Positions 30,701 through 40,384 of a stretch of DNA of 64,000 nt are shown here, in pieces; the first letter of the stretch is position 1, and every line of letters starts with the position of its first letter. Made by a program: the position numbers and the translations under genes. Source of the DNA: Promethearchaeota archaeon (lineage in GTDB: Archaea > Asgardarchaeota > Lokiarchaeia > Sigyniarchaeales > SOKP01); contig JAUVXW010000004.1 of assembly GCA_030603385.1 (NCBI GenBank), positions 1-64,000 of the forward strand. Reading direction: 5' to 3'. Below the pieces are notes generated by a model that saw only the letters and a list, made by a program, of their open reading frames with translations, searched no databases and was not told where the DNA came from.

Positions 30701-31519
30701 TTAATCTAAACCCTTTATTTTAAGTGGCGGTCGCGGAGCTGTCCTACGGTATTTAACTGCAGGATAACCTAATGTGAAAGCCCCGAGCACCATTCCCTTT
30801 ATTCCTAAAATCTTTAAAATCTCCTTATTCATAGGAACAGCTCCTTGAATCATTCCAATCCAACAAGTTCCAAGACCAAGACTTTCAGCTGCTAGCATAC
30901 CATAAGTTAAAGCAATTCCAGCATCATTTGCCCGTAATCCAATCATTACTGTGTTTTTTTCAACAACCCTATAATATAGTACAATTACATGAGGTGCATT
31001 GTAAAAAATACTCCGACCTATAGATTTGAAGTATTTGAGTGCTTGTTCACTTGATTGAAATCCCATATATTGGTATTGAGTTTTCACTATTTCATCGCTC
31101 AATGCTTCGATTTTTTCAGGATCAGATAAAATTACGTATCGCCACATTCGGGCATTAGAAGCGCTTGGAGCATATCTCATTGCATCAAAAATTTTTTCGA
31201 TTAATTCCTTAGGAACTTTTTTATTTTTATAAAGTCTTATTGATCGTTTTGCGCGTATGAGTTTATAAATCTTGTCGAAATCTACAATACTTTCTGGAGA
31301 ATCTATTCCTGGAAAAGTCTCAACATCATCTAGATCCTTTGTAATAATCGCATCTTCAGGACAAATTGCTATGCAATGTCCACAGATATTACATGTATTT
31401 AGACTTTCATTGAAAACTACTTCTTTATCTTTATTAACAGAAAAATAAGCACGACCACACTCTTGGATACAGAGCTTACAATTTGTACATTTTTCTTTAT
31501 CAATACCGATTACTGACAT
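30701..31519 (-). CDS. Nitroreductase with N-terminal 2x[4Fe-4S] ferredoxin domain
   Basis: CTNCKLCIQEC, CNICGHCIAICP, KRSIR.Y, APSASN, GLGTCWIG. Confidence 0.92.
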   Translation of the reverse strand: MSVIGIDKEKCTNCKLCIQECGRAYFSVNKDKEVVFNESLNTCNICGHCIAICPEDAIITKDLDDVETFPGIDSPESIVDFDKIYKLIRAKRSIRLYKNKKVPKELIEKIFDAMRYAPSASNARMWRYVILSDPEKIEALSDEIVKTQYQYMGFQSSEQALKYFKSIGRSIFYNAPHVIVLYYRVVEKNTVMIGLRANDAGIALTYGMLAAESLGLGTCWIGMIQGAVPMNKEILKILGIKGMVLGAFTLGYPAVKYRRTAPRPPLKIKGLD

Positions 31520-31614
31520 GTTAGTTAACCTTAATGTGAATAATTTATTCTTTTTTTAAGAAAATTAAGGGTAATTTATAAAAAATTGGCTAATTATTAG
31601 CAAATTTAATTATT

Positions 31615-31869
31615 AACCGGATAAATACATTCCAGTAGTATAAAGCAAATAGCTACTACGAGGATAATTCGCACAATCCTTATGATCATGAAGCTGCAAT
31701 GAAACTAGCTTTAGATACAAATAAATTTGCTTTAGGCCTACTTTATCTAAATCTTAACAGGAAAACTTACGGAGAAAATGTCCGTATTTACGATAGTGAT
31801 AAGAGACCTTTATATCAAAGGGAATTAAACAGAAAAAAGTATGAATATTTGTTAGAGACATTCCGATAA
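31615..31869 (+). pseudogene. C-terminal remnant of a 2-oxoacid:ferredoxin oxidoreductase beta subunit (KorB/PorB-like)
   Basis: NRINTFQ*YKANSYYEDNSHNPYDHEAAMKLALDTNKFALGLLY...TYGENV..YD.D.RPLYQRE. This matches the N..NT..WY...Y / DP.D...A / G..Y pattern. The conserved Trp codon is TAG (31636) and the 5' part is absent. Confidence 0.7.
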
Positions 31870-31903
31870 TTTGCTTAAAACTAAGACATTTTTTTTCAAA
31901 GAA

Positions 31904-32497
31904 TTATTTTAATTTATCTAATATATCCCTTGAGATATTTCTAATATTGTTATTGAAATCTAATTCAAAAGCTTTAACAATTTCTTTAAAATCATTTTCT
32001 AAATCCGCCCATTTTATTCGAAAATGAAAATAATCCCAGTCTAAAGAATCTTTATTTGCAATTATAATTTTCAATACATCATCATTATCGATTGAGCTAC
32101 GATCACTTCTTGCCAATTTCGTTAATATATAATCTTCAACAGCAAGAACATAAACATCCCCAAAAAACAACTGTATTTTATCAACCATTTGATCATCCCA
32201 TTGAAAAGCATCGCAGGGTTTTAGCCATATTTCTGCCTCACTATTCTTCCCAAATACTGTGAATAAATCATGATCTATTTTTGGTTGTTGCTTTGTATTA
32301 ATCTCTTTTTCTTTTAAGGCTTCAATATAAGTATTTAGCTTCTTCTGAGATTTGATTTTAATACAAACATCAATATCTAGAGTTGTTCTTGCAACATTAT
32401 AAGCAGGAAGAGCTAACCCTCCGATTATAACAGTCGTAATCTTATAGTGAGATGCAACATCTAAGATAATTTGGAGTATATTACTTATCAACTTCAA
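31904..32497 (-). CDS. Nucleotidyltransferase (DUF6036/AbiEii-MenT-like)
   Basis: IIGGLA...Y...RTTLDID, EDYILTKL....R...D..DV, LDWDY. Confidence 0.8.
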   Translation of the reverse strand: MKLISNILQIILDVASHYKITTVIIGGLALPAYNVARTTLDIDVCIKIKSQKKLNTYIEALKEKEINTKQQPKIDHDLFTVFGKNSEAEIWLKPCDAFQWDDQMVDKIQLFFGDVYVLAVEDYILTKLARSDRSSIDNDDVLKIIIANKDSLDWDYFHFRIKWADLENDFKEIVKAFELDFNNNIRNISRDILDKLK

Positions 32498-32642
32498 TCA
32501 ACCTAAGCATATCCTTGAAAATTTGTTCTGGAGTTTTGCCCCTTTCAATTAGACGTTGAAACTCATCTACTTTTTTATATGCTCGTTCTATATCTGCAAG
32601 AGTAATATGAATAGGGGCTCTTTTTTCTTTTTCCGGTCTCAT
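32481..32642 (-). CDS. Small partner protein (53 aa) upstream of the nucleotidyltransferase, putative antitoxin
   Basis: MRPEKEKRAPIHITLADIERAYKKVDEFQRLIERGKTPEQIFKDMLRLIEVDK*, overlapping the NTase start. Not in the ORF track. Confidence 0.6.
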   Translation of the reverse strand: MRPEKEKRAPIHITLADIERAYKKVDEFQRLIERGKTPEQIFKDMLRLIEVDK

Positions 32643-32788
32643 TTTTTTCTAAGAAACAAATGTTTTTAGTTTCATTTATAATTTTATGTTGTTTAAACCT
32701 ATAAATTTATTTTTTCTATTTCTTCTACACTTATTTTATATCTTATTAGTAAAATGTTTTTATTCAATACAATAAAGTATGATATTTA

Positions 32789-34501
32789 ATGAGAATCGAA
32801 GAATTTGATGTATTAGTTGTCGGGGCAGGTCTTAGTGGTTTAAGGGCAGGTTTAGAATTATCGACTAAATGGAATACAGCAGTTATTAGTAAAGTTTTTC
32901 CTGTTCGGAGCCACTCTGGAGCTGCTCAAGGAGGGATCAATGCTACCCTAGGTAATTTAGAAGAAGGAAAAGGCGACACTCCCAAAGGACATGCATTTGA
33001 TACCGTAAAAGGTTCTGATTATCTCGCAGATCAAGATATCGTAATGTTTATGTGTGAAGAAGCCCCAAAGATTGTTGTTGAGTTTGAAAGTATGGGTGCT
33101 CCTTTTTCCCGATTGGATTCAGGTTTAATTGCACAGCGACCCTTTGGAGGAGCAGGTTTTCCACGTACATGTTATGCGGGTGATAGAACAGGTCATGCTT
33201 TACTTCACACACTCAATGAACAATCTATTCATAATGGGTTGAATTTTTTTGATGAATACTTTTTAGTAGATCTTTTCAAAGCTGGGGGGAGAATCGCAGG
33301 ATTAATTGCCCTTGATATTGCTAAGGGTGAATTAGTGTCATTTCGAGCACCATATGTTATATTAGCAACTGGAGGGTTCGGACGTATTTTTAAATTCTCT
33401 ACTAATGCTGTTATCAATACAGGTGATGGAGTTGGAGCGGCATTTCGAGCCGGGATCCCAATGCAAGATGTTGAATTTGTTCAATTTCATCCAACAACTT
33501 TATTTGGGACAAATATATTAATAACCGAGGGCGCTCGGGGTGAAGGTGGATATTTATTTAATAACAAAAATCATCGTTTTATGGAAAAGACCGCACCAAA
33601 AGCCATGGAACTCGCCCCACGTGATATTGTAGCACGTTCAATTGAAACAGAAATTATTGAGGAAAGAGGATTTGAAAATTCATATGTTCATTTAGATCTT
33701 ACTCATTTAGGTGCTGAGAGAATTAAGGAGAGACTTCCTGGTATTAGAGAGATTAGTATTTCTTTTGCAGGAATTGACCCAATTGATGAACCAATCCCTG
33801 TACAACCTGGTCAGCATTATTCAATGGGTGGAATTGGAACTAAATTCGATGGAATATATGGGGAAACAGATCTACCAGGACTTTATACTATTGGTGAATG
33901 TTCTTGTTTATCTGTTCATGGTGCTAATCGATTAGGTGGTAACTCGTTATTAGAAACTGCAGTATTTGGGAGATATATAGGAAGAAAATTACTTAAAAAA
34001 GGATTACCTAATAAACCATCATTAAGCGAAATTCAGATTGCTGAAGAAAAGGCAATCAATAATATCGAAAGATTATTTAAGAGCTGGAGTGAAAATACTG
34101 GTAAAAAACCCGTAGAGATTAGAAATGAAATGGGAGAGACTCTGAATAGGAATGTAGGCGTCTATAGAACTGATAAGGATCTTAAGAAAGCGACCACAAC
34201 CCTTCCAAGATTACAAAAAGAATTCTTAAACACACAAGTTTCAACTGAAGATAGAAGATTTAATTACGGACTAATCCGAACTTTAGAACTTAGAAGTATG
34301 TTAGATATTGCAGAAGCAACTTCTTATGCCTCATTATGGAGGAAAGAGAGTAGAGGCGCTCACTTCCGTATTGATTACCCTACGAGAAATGATGATAAAT
34401 ATCTCGTGCATACAATGATTTATAGAGTAAAAGATGGGTTGGAGATAAAGACAAAACCAGTTAAATTAGGAATATTTGAGATCAAGGAGAGGAAATACTA
34501 A
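32789..34501 (+). CDS. sdhA: Succinate dehydrogenase/fumarate reductase flavoprotein
   Basis: GAGLSG, RSHSGAAQGGI (FAD-His), QFHPT, LITEGARGEGG, ELAPRDIV, HYSMGG, HGANRLGGNSL, ESRGAH. Confidence 0.95.
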   Translation: MRIEEFDVLVVGAGLSGLRAGLELSTKWNTAVISKVFPVRSHSGAAQGGINATLGNLEEGKGDTPKGHAFDTVKGSDYLADQDIVMFMCEEAPKIVVEFESMGAPFSRLDSGLIAQRPFGGAGFPRTCYAGDRTGHALLHTLNEQSIHNGLNFFDEYFLVDLFKAGGRIAGLIALDIAKGELVSFRAPYVILATGGFGRIFKFSTNAVINTGDGVGAAFRAGIPMQDVEFVQFHPTTLFGTNILITEGARGEGGYLFNNKNHRFMEKTAPKAMELAPRDIVARSIETEIIEERGFENSYVHLDLTHLGAERIKERLPGIREISISFAGIDPIDEPIPVQPGQHYSMGGIGTKFDGIYGETDLPGLYTIGECSCLSVHGANRLGGNSLLETAVFGRYIGRKLLKKGLPNKPSLSEIQIAEEKAINNIERLFKSWSENTGKKPVEIRNEMGETLNRNVGVYRTDKDLKKATTTLPRLQKEFLNTQVSTEDRRFNYGLIRTLELRSMLDIAEATSYASLWRKESRGAHFRIDYPTRNDDKYLVHTMIYRVKDGLEIKTKPVKLGIFEIKERKY

Positions 34502-35265
34502 TGGTAGAAAAACATAAATTTTTAGTTTATAGAAATTCTGGTAATGGAAAAAGTCATTATGACAAATTCGAATTTCCAGTTTCAAAGGGTATGAGTATTT
34601 TAGATGCTCTTTTTTATATACAGGATTATTTTGATTCAACACTAGCTTTTCGTTATGCGTGTAGGGGAGCAATTTGTGGATCATGTGGAATGACTATAGA
34701 TAAAGTACCCTTGCTCGCGTGTAGAACTCAAGTATCTACCGTTAAAATTGCTAAGAAACCCATTAATTTGCCTGAGTTTAAATTTGGTGATCATCCAGAT
34801 TGGGATCCTGATACTGAAATTTTGGTTGAGCCATTACCGAATATGACAGTTTTAAAAGATTTGGTTGTAGATATGAAACCTTTCTGGAAATTTTATAGAG
34901 AGATTGAACCGTTTTTTGAAAGAGAGTTGAATGATATTGCTCCAGAATCAACACAATCACCATCTCAAATGAAAAAAATTGAACGTCTAGTCTATTGTAT
35001 ATTGTGTGGATTATGCTGGGCTTGCCCTGTTAGCAACAAAAATCCAAAATATTTAGGACCAGCACAATTAGCAAAAGCAGAGAGATTTATAAGTGATTCA
35101 AGAATATCAAATGAGAAACAGAGATCAATTCTTTCACGTGTTTTAAAGGATGATGCAGTTCCTGCATGTGAGAAATTTTTCGTCTGCAATCGGATCTGTC
35201 CTAAGGGAGTTATGCCAGGGACAGCAATTAAGGATATAAGAGATAAAAATATCAGTGAGAGATAA
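34501..35265 (+). CDS. sdhB: Succinate dehydrogenase/fumarate reductase Fe-S subunit
   Basis: CRGAICGSCG...LAC, PLP...V.KDLVVD, CILCGLC..CP, C.....C...CPKG. Confidence 0.93.
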   Translation: MVEKHKFLVYRNSGNGKSHYDKFEFPVSKGMSILDALFYIQDYFDSTLAFRYACRGAICGSCGMTIDKVPLLACRTQVSTVKIAKKPINLPEFKFGDHPDWDPDTEILVEPLPNMTVLKDLVVDMKPFWKFYREIEPFFERELNDIAPESTQSPSQMKKIERLVYCILCGLCWACPVSNKNPKYLGPAQLAKAERFISDSRISNEKQRSILSRVLKDDAVPACEKFFVCNRICPKGVMPGTAIKDIRDKNISER

Positions 35266-35451
35266 GAGTTAAAGATTTTGTTTTTCTTTTTATAGAATTT
35301 TTTATTTCTTTTTTCTATTGTAAATATACAGTAAGATTCATTCAATTATTTTGAAAATCTAAGGGATTCTATAATATTAATAAACCGTTTTTCTATTATT
35401 ATATTTAAAGGAGTTAACAATATAAAGTTAAAATATGGTATGAAAGAATAA

Positions 35452-35688
35452 ATGACATCTGAATCAAATAATAATTTTAGAAAAATTACTAGAGATTTTA
35501 AAGGAAGAATAGAGTTAATGAAAAAAACGGAGTTAAAAAAAATTGAGTCAATTTTCTTAGAAATCTATGAATTAGGATTACAAGATTACATTCAAAAGGA
35601 AAAAGAGAGATATCCTGATAAAACTCATAAAGAAATTATTATAAATATGTATCAGTTCCATGATAAATTACGAGGGAGAAAAAAGTAA
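35452..35688 (+). CDS. Small partner protein upstream of the nucleotidyltransferase, putative antitoxin
   Basis: Short helical ORF (..KERYPDKTHKEII..) directly abutting the NTase start. Confidence 0.6.
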   Translation: MTSESNNNFRKITRDFKGRIELMKKTELKKIESIFLEIYELGLQDYIQKEKERYPDKTHKEIIINMYQFHDKLRGRKK

Positions 35689-36318
35689 ATGGAAAACACT
35701 TATAAACAAGCATTTTTACAAATAATTGATTTTTTAGAAGGCTTGGAAGAAAACAAGGGTGTTAAATATTATTTAGTAGGAGGTATTTTAGTAAATTTAT
35801 ACTCAGACTTTAGGATTACTCGTGATATTGATATTGTAATAGATTTGCAATCATCTAATATTACTCTTGCCGATTATATTTCACTATTGGAAAAAAATAA
35901 TTTTCATCCATTACAAGATTGGAAAACAACTTTATTTCTGGCTAGAGAAATCAATATTATTCAATTTTTAGACAAAAGCGATACGGTAAGATATGATAAT
36001 CACATAGTAGTAAAAATCAGTAGCAATAAATATAAAAAAATGGGTCCCATTGGATTAAAAAAGAGAGTTCGAGAGAGGGTCTTTGGCATTGAATGCTGGG
36101 TTACTTCAAAAGAAGATTTTATCTTAAGTAAATTAGTATATGGAGGTTGGCAAGATTATACTGATGCTTTGGGGTGTTGGTTACGTTTTCAGAATGAATT
36201 AGATAAGGATTATTTAGAATTTGTTAGCAGTCAATTAGATATAGAACAAGAATATTTATTATTAAAATCTGGAATAGATGATCCAGATGACTTTTTCAAA
36301 AGATTAAAAGGAAAATAA
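35689..36318 (+). CDS. Nucleotidyltransferase (DUF6036/AbiEii-MenT-like)
   Basis: YYLVGG....Y...R.TRDIDIV, SKEDFILSKL, QD..DA, LD.DYL. Confidence 0.8.
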   Translation: MENTYKQAFLQIIDFLEGLEENKGVKYYLVGGILVNLYSDFRITRDIDIVIDLQSSNITLADYISLLEKNNFHPLQDWKTTLFLAREINIIQFLDKSDTVRYDNHIVVKISSNKYKKMGPIGLKKRVRERVFGIECWVTSKEDFILSKLVYGGWQDYTDALGCWLRFQNELDKDYLEFVSSQLDIEQEYLLLKSGIDDPDDFFKRLKGK

Positions 36319-36468
36319 TTATTTCATGGATATTTTTAAGCTTTTAATCCTCGATTTTTTTTCTTGTTTTCAATAATTTAGATATCTTCTTTTTCAAATG
36401 AAGCTTTATTTAATTCTAAATAGTATTAAAAAACAAAAAAAAAATAAATAGCACAAAGTGAGAATTGA

Positions 36469-37935
36469 GTGTCGAAAGAAGAATATTATAAACCTACTTG
36501 GAATTCTTTAAAGAAGCATAGAACTCCGGAGTGGTTAGACGACGCAAAATTTGGGATTTACTACCATTGGGGTGTTTATTCAGTTCCTGCATGTGGCCCT
36601 AACGTCAGTTGGTATCCGCTCTGGATGTATAGAAAAGGTTCTCGACAATATGAATACCATGTTAAACATTATGGAGATCCATCTGAATTTGGTTATAAAG
36701 ATCTAATACCCCTGTTTAAAGCAGAAAAATTCAATCCCGATGAGTGGGCAAAATTATTTAAAGATGCGGGAGCTAAATTCGCCGGTCCTGTTGCGATTCA
36801 TCATGATTCCTTTGCCATGTGGGATAGTAAGGTAACTAAATGGAATGCTACCAATATGGGTCCAAAGAGGGATACTGTCGGTGAAATGGAAAAAGCGATA
36901 AGAAAGCAAGGTATGAAGTTTATGGTTGCATTCCATCATGCTGCAAATTGGTTCTTCTTTCCACATTCTATTCCTGAATATGATACTTCAAATCCAGAAT
37001 TCGCAGGGTTATATGGTGTGAGATACAATGGGAAATATAAACGATATCAGGTATGGCCAAATAAAGAATTTCTTGATTGGTGGAAAGCTATTGTTATTGA
37101 AGTAATTGATAAATATAAACCTGATCTTATATGGTGGGATTTTGGATTGGGAAGGATTAATGAAAAATATAAAAAAGAAGTTTTGGCACATTATTTTAAC
37201 AGCGCTGATGAATGGGGAAAAGAAGTTGAAATACTTTATAAAATGAACAATATTCCCCCCGGAGTGGGGGTAGTTGATTACGAAGTGGGGCGGGCAAATA
37301 AATTAACATATTATAAATGGATAACAGATACTTCTGTAGATATTAATGCTCAAAGTACAGCCTGGGGTTATGCTCGAGAAGCGGGTGTAAAGTCATCTAG
37401 AATACTCGTTCATAATTTCATTGATCGAGTGGCAAAACATGGTTATTTAGTTATTAATGTGGGTCCAAAGGCTGATGGCACTATACCAGAGCTCCATCAA
37501 GAAGCATTACTGGATATGGGAAAGTGGTTGGAACTTAACGGGGAGGCTATTTATGGAAGTACCCCCTGGTCAATTGCTGAAGAAGGACCTACAAAATTGG
37601 ACGAGGGTGGTATGTTTTCTGAAAGAAGTGATCGACCGTACACTCCAGAAGATATCCGGTTCACAGTGAAGGATAATGCACTTTATGCAATTGTATTAGG
37701 ATGGCCTTATAGACCAAAATGGACAATTTCAACCCTTAGAAAATCTTTAATAAATGTAGATCAAAATGAAAATAATTCAATCCATCTTATCACAGAGGAA
37801 GAAATCAAATCTATTAAAATGTTGGGAGTTAATCAAGATCTTAGATGGACATTAGACGATGATGGCTTACATATAGAAGTTCCAGATAAAAAGCCATGCG
37901 ATCACGCAGTAACTTTCAAAATTAGTTGGAATTAG
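36469..37935 (+). CDS. Alpha-L-fucosidase (GH29)
   Basis: PEW..DAKFGIY.HWG, HHD.FAMW.S, WWD, NVGPKADGTIP, NGEAIYGS.PW. Confidence 0.93.
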   Translation: MSKEEYYKPTWNSLKKHRTPEWLDDAKFGIYYHWGVYSVPACGPNVSWYPLWMYRKGSRQYEYHVKHYGDPSEFGYKDLIPLFKAEKFNPDEWAKLFKDAGAKFAGPVAIHHDSFAMWDSKVTKWNATNMGPKRDTVGEMEKAIRKQGMKFMVAFHHAANWFFFPHSIPEYDTSNPEFAGLYGVRYNGKYKRYQVWPNKEFLDWWKAIVIEVIDKYKPDLIWWDFGLGRINEKYKKEVLAHYFNSADEWGKEVEILYKMNNIPPGVGVVDYEVGRANKLTYYKWITDTSVDINAQSTAWGYAREAGVKSSRILVHNFIDRVAKHGYLVINVGPKADGTIPELHQEALLDMGKWLELNGEAIYGSTPWSIAEEGPTKLDEGGMFSERSDRPYTPEDIRFTVKDNALYAIVLGWPYRPKWTISTLRKSLINVDQNENNSIHLITEEEIKSIKMLGVNQDLRWTLDDDGLHIEVPDKKPCDHAVTFKISWN

Positions 37936-37995
37936 TCTGGTTTTTAAAAATTTTTTTTACTAAATTTTTTTAAGAATATTAGATAACAGATATCT

Positions 37996-40290
37996 ATGAA
38001 TACCAGATTATTAGAATCTAAAAAGATTATTAGAAATACTGTTAATCGAGTTCAATACCTAAAACAAGAAGGAAATTCTTTTATTTTCAAAACCGAGGGG
38101 CGATCTTATCCTAAAAAAATTCAAGAACTTCTTCCTAGGAACAAAGTACAAGAAGTTGATAAATTTAATGGTTTCTTACAAATAGAAAATCTTTCAGATA
38201 CAATTTTTAGAATTCGTTATAAAGAAGCTGATACCATTGAAGAAAATGAAACCCCTATGGTTATTGGCACATTCGAAGGCCCTCAAAATATAGATATTTC
38301 GATATTGAAAGACAAGATTGAAATAAAAACTAATAAGATAAATATAAATATAATTCTATATCCTTTTAGAGTTCAAGTAAACAATTTTACTGAAAAAAAA
38401 TTATGTGGAATTGGGGGTTTTGAAAAACATGATTTCAGGCAATGGGATTCATTTAATGCGGGAATTTGCTATTCACAAAGTGATAAATCTCCAATTGCTG
38501 TTGAATTGTTTGATCTCGATCCTCATGAAGCGATTTATGGATTTGGGGAAAAATTTACGCGATTAAATAAGGTTGGGCAAACTATTGATATATTAACAGA
38601 AGAAGCTAGTAGCACAATATCTCCACGGACTTATAAACCTATACCGTTTTTTGTAAGCACTAAAGGATATGGGGTATTTTTTAACCATTCAAGTCTGATG
38701 ACATGTTGGGTTGGCAGTTTAAGCTCTGGAGATATTCAGATTGCAATCGAAGATAATTTTCTAGATTATTTTGTCATTTTAGGGGATATTAAGGAGATTC
38801 TTTCTCAATATACAGATATTACTGGTAAGGGAGTAGTACCTCCAAAATGGAGCTTTGGCTATTGGCAATCTAAAATCTCGTATAAAAGTGCAGGTGAGAC
38901 TCTGAAAATAGCCCGAAAACTTAGAGAAAATAAAATACCTTGTGATATAATTCATTTAGACACCTATTGGTTTAAAGAAGATTGGTACTGCGATCTTGAA
39001 ATGGATAAAGAGAGGTTCCCAGATCCTGAAGCATATTTTAACGAAATGGCTAAAATGGGTTTTAAAATTTCTTTATGGCAATTACCTTATATTCCTGAAG
39101 GTTCTCAATATTTCGAGGAACTAAAAGCGGTTGATGGTTTTGTAAAAACTAGAGATGGTGAAATATATGATACTGGCATAATTTTTAGCAGAGAAAAAAG
39201 AATCGCGGCATGTATTGATTTTACTAACCCCAAAGCGGTTGAGGTTTATCAAAAATGGATTGGCAGACTCCTTAAATTAGGGGCTAAAGTAATTAAAGTT
39301 GACTTTGGGGAACAAGCACCTATCGATGGTATTTATCATAATGGCAAAACAGGTCGTCGAATGCATAATTTATATCCTCTTCTTTATAACCAAGCAGCAG
39401 CTAAAATAACAAAAGAAATACATGGGATAGGATTTATTTGGGCAAGATCGGCATGGGCAGGTTCACAACGTTATCCTGTTCATTGGGGGGGTGACAGCTC
39501 AGCTAACTGGTTTAATATTATACCAACCCTAGAGGCGGGACTTTCATTTGGACTTTCTGGATTCCAATTTTGGAGTGAAGATATTGGCGGCTTCACAGGC
39601 AATACTGGCGGAGATCTATTAATTCGTTGGATGCAAATGGGATTATTTCATTCTCATAGTAGGATTCATGGGACTTTTAAAAGGGAATTATATAGATTTA
39701 ATAAAAATGTTATAAAGATTTGTCGTGATTACATTAACTTACGATATCGTTTAATCCCATACATTTACGGTTCTGCAATAAAATGTGTTGAAACTTCTTT
39801 ACCGATGACTAGAGCGCTAGTAATTGAATTTCAAGACGATCCAACTGTATGGAATATTGGTGATCAATTTTTATTTGGAGATTTCTTTTTAATAGCACCA
39901 ATTTATAGAGCTGATAATAATAGAGCTATTTATTTTCCTGAAGGGACATGGGTTGATTGGTGGACTAAAGATAAAATTAAAGGAAAGCAATGGATTAACA
40001 TTGATTCAGATATTGACAAACTGCCTCTTTATGTAAGGGAAGGAGCGATAATTCCAATGGGTCCTATCATGCAATACATTGATGAATTTGAAATTAGTGA
40101 AATTGAATTATATATTGCACCCTTTCAAAAAGATGGAACAACTGAATTCACTATACCAGTAAATAATGAAATGATCAAAGTTGAGTATACAGCTTTAAAA
40201 GGAGAGCATAATCTTAAGATCGAAAAGAGTAAAGTTAAATTCAAGATTGTAGTAATGGGGAATGAGGAGTTAAAAATTAATAAGGAATAA
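37996..40290 (+). CDS. GH31 glycosidase, alpha-xylosidase-like
   Basis: YGFGEKF, YKPIPF, PP.WSFG.W, DFTNP, KVDFGE (nucleophile), HWGGD, DIGGF, HSRIHG. Confidence 0.9.
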   Translation: MNTRLLESKKIIRNTVNRVQYLKQEGNSFIFKTEGRSYPKKIQELLPRNKVQEVDKFNGFLQIENLSDTIFRIRYKEADTIEENETPMVIGTFEGPQNIDISILKDKIEIKTNKININIILYPFRVQVNNFTEKKLCGIGGFEKHDFRQWDSFNAGICYSQSDKSPIAVELFDLDPHEAIYGFGEKFTRLNKVGQTIDILTEEASSTISPRTYKPIPFFVSTKGYGVFFNHSSLMTCWVGSLSSGDIQIAIEDNFLDYFVILGDIKEILSQYTDITGKGVVPPKWSFGYWQSKISYKSAGETLKIARKLRENKIPCDIIHLDTYWFKEDWYCDLEMDKERFPDPEAYFNEMAKMGFKISLWQLPYIPEGSQYFEELKAVDGFVKTRDGEIYDTGIIFSREKRIAACIDFTNPKAVEVYQKWIGRLLKLGAKVIKVDFGEQAPIDGIYHNGKTGRRMHNLYPLLYNQAAAKITKEIHGIGFIWARSAWAGSQRYPVHWGGDSSANWFNIIPTLEAGLSFGLSGFQFWSEDIGGFTGNTGGDLLIRWMQMGLFHSHSRIHGTFKRELYRFNKNVIKICRDYINLRYRLIPYIYGSAIKCVETSLPMTRALVIEFQDDPTVWNIGDQFLFGDFFLIAPIYRADNNRAIYFPEGTWVDWWTKDKIKGKQWINIDSDIDKLPLYVREGAIIPMGPIMQYIDEFEISEIELYIAPFQKDGTTEFTIPVNNEMIKVEYTALKGEHNLKIEKSKVKFKIVVMGNEELKINKE

Positions 40291-40384
40291 CTTTATTAAA
40301 TTTAAGAAATCTCTCGAATCAAATTAATAACAGTAAAGATTTTTTCCTTCAATTCGGAAGTTTGATAAGGATTTATTAATTCAT

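Noticed and set aside
31636-31638. In-frame TAG as pyrrolysine readthrough
   Set aside because: It replaces a conserved Trp (TGG to TAG) in a fragment that lacks its whole 5' part, so it is an ordinary nonsense change.
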